DNA of 62,661 nucleotides, filler included, from Sphacelaria rigidula (taxonomy: Eukaryota): assembly GCA_964200075.2 (NCBI GenBank). It is 7 parts of 7 records of this genome, joined end to end, with 100 filler letters (N's around TTAATTAATTAA, not from the genome) between each part and the next. Parts side by side here need not be neighbours in the genome. Positions count along the whole stretch, not along the records: positions 53,797 to 62,661 come from CAXNAA020009901.1; 6 more parts are not named here. One strand, given 5' to 3'. A program made the translations under genes and the position numbers. The notes under the pieces were generated by a model. It had not been told where the DNA came from and did not search any database. It saw only the letters and a list, made by a program, of their open reading frames with translations. Below, piece by piece: positions 62,116-62,661 of the stretch; positions within the stretch are counted from its first letter, which is position 1, and every line of letters begins with the position of its first letter.

Positions 62116-62589
62116 GTACGTCAACGCCCAGTTTTTCACTTGTGTCCATACACGTTCGTTCTTCTTGAACTGATATCGGCAAATATGACAATCTTCAAGC
62201 TGTATATTCACAAACTGAAAACTACGACTATACCATTCGGTGACAATCTGAAACCATGGTGACATACATATCAGGTTACCCGCAAGTACTGTCTAACCGG
62301 GTATAAAGATGAGCGAATACCTTGCTCAAGCGGTCTTCTTCATTTTTCTCACTTTCGCAAGCGTCCAGTTTATGGGATTGGCGTCATGCCATGTCATGAG
62401 CAACGAAAAGCTACCAAATGAAGAGCGATGCAGCGTCGTTCTCACATATCCAGCAAAGATAGAGGGACACATGCGACACAGCACAACAACCGGCAGCACC
62501 ATCATCATAGCCTAGCAGGGTAGTCGCGCTCCCCACGAGCACGGGACACTGAACAGCGAAATCTCTTTTGTTGGGATCCCCCCTGTGGT

Positions 62590-62661
62590 GACGCACCCAT
62601 GAGGTAGTGTATAAGCCGTGGCTGTCTCTGGAAGTGGCGATACCAGAAAATGAAGCAACTC
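62590..62661 (+). mobile_element. Family A retroelement fragment at the window end
   Basis: CACCCATGAGG...GAAGCAACTC preceded by a C6 run. Confidence 0.75.

Overview
This window is not one continuous locus. It joins seven unrelated eukaryotic contigs of 8,865-8,867 bp (1-8867, 8968-17834, 17935-26800, 26901-35766, 35867-44731, 44832-53696, 53797-62661) with 100-bp artificial linkers (44 N + TTAATTAATTAA + 44 N). An EsV-1-7 repeat protein, a WSC-domain gene, long GT-AG introns, CCCTAA repeats and the LINE type point to a brown alga (Phaeophyceae); this is inference. Host genes are partial and spliced: gamma-glutamyl hydrolase (3 exons), EFL1/Ria1 GTPase (3 exons) and a WSC-WSC-knottin-like-PT linker-CAP protein (6 exons). 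There is also an intronless ORF of 16 x 38-aa EsV-1-7 repeats. The rest is mainly transposable elements: a four-level nest of MITEs (mariner, Harbinger, 8-bp-TSD, piggyBac), hAT relics, tail-less non-LTR elements that insert at C-runs, Copia relics and a Gypsy-like gag-pol. The most notable points are the modular EsV-1-7 array, the in-frame gag-UGA-hairpin-pol junction with a CCCH finger in Gag, and the C-run-targeted retroelements with a shared ATGAGTAC 3' end. All family assignments are by eye and motif recall; no database searches were run.
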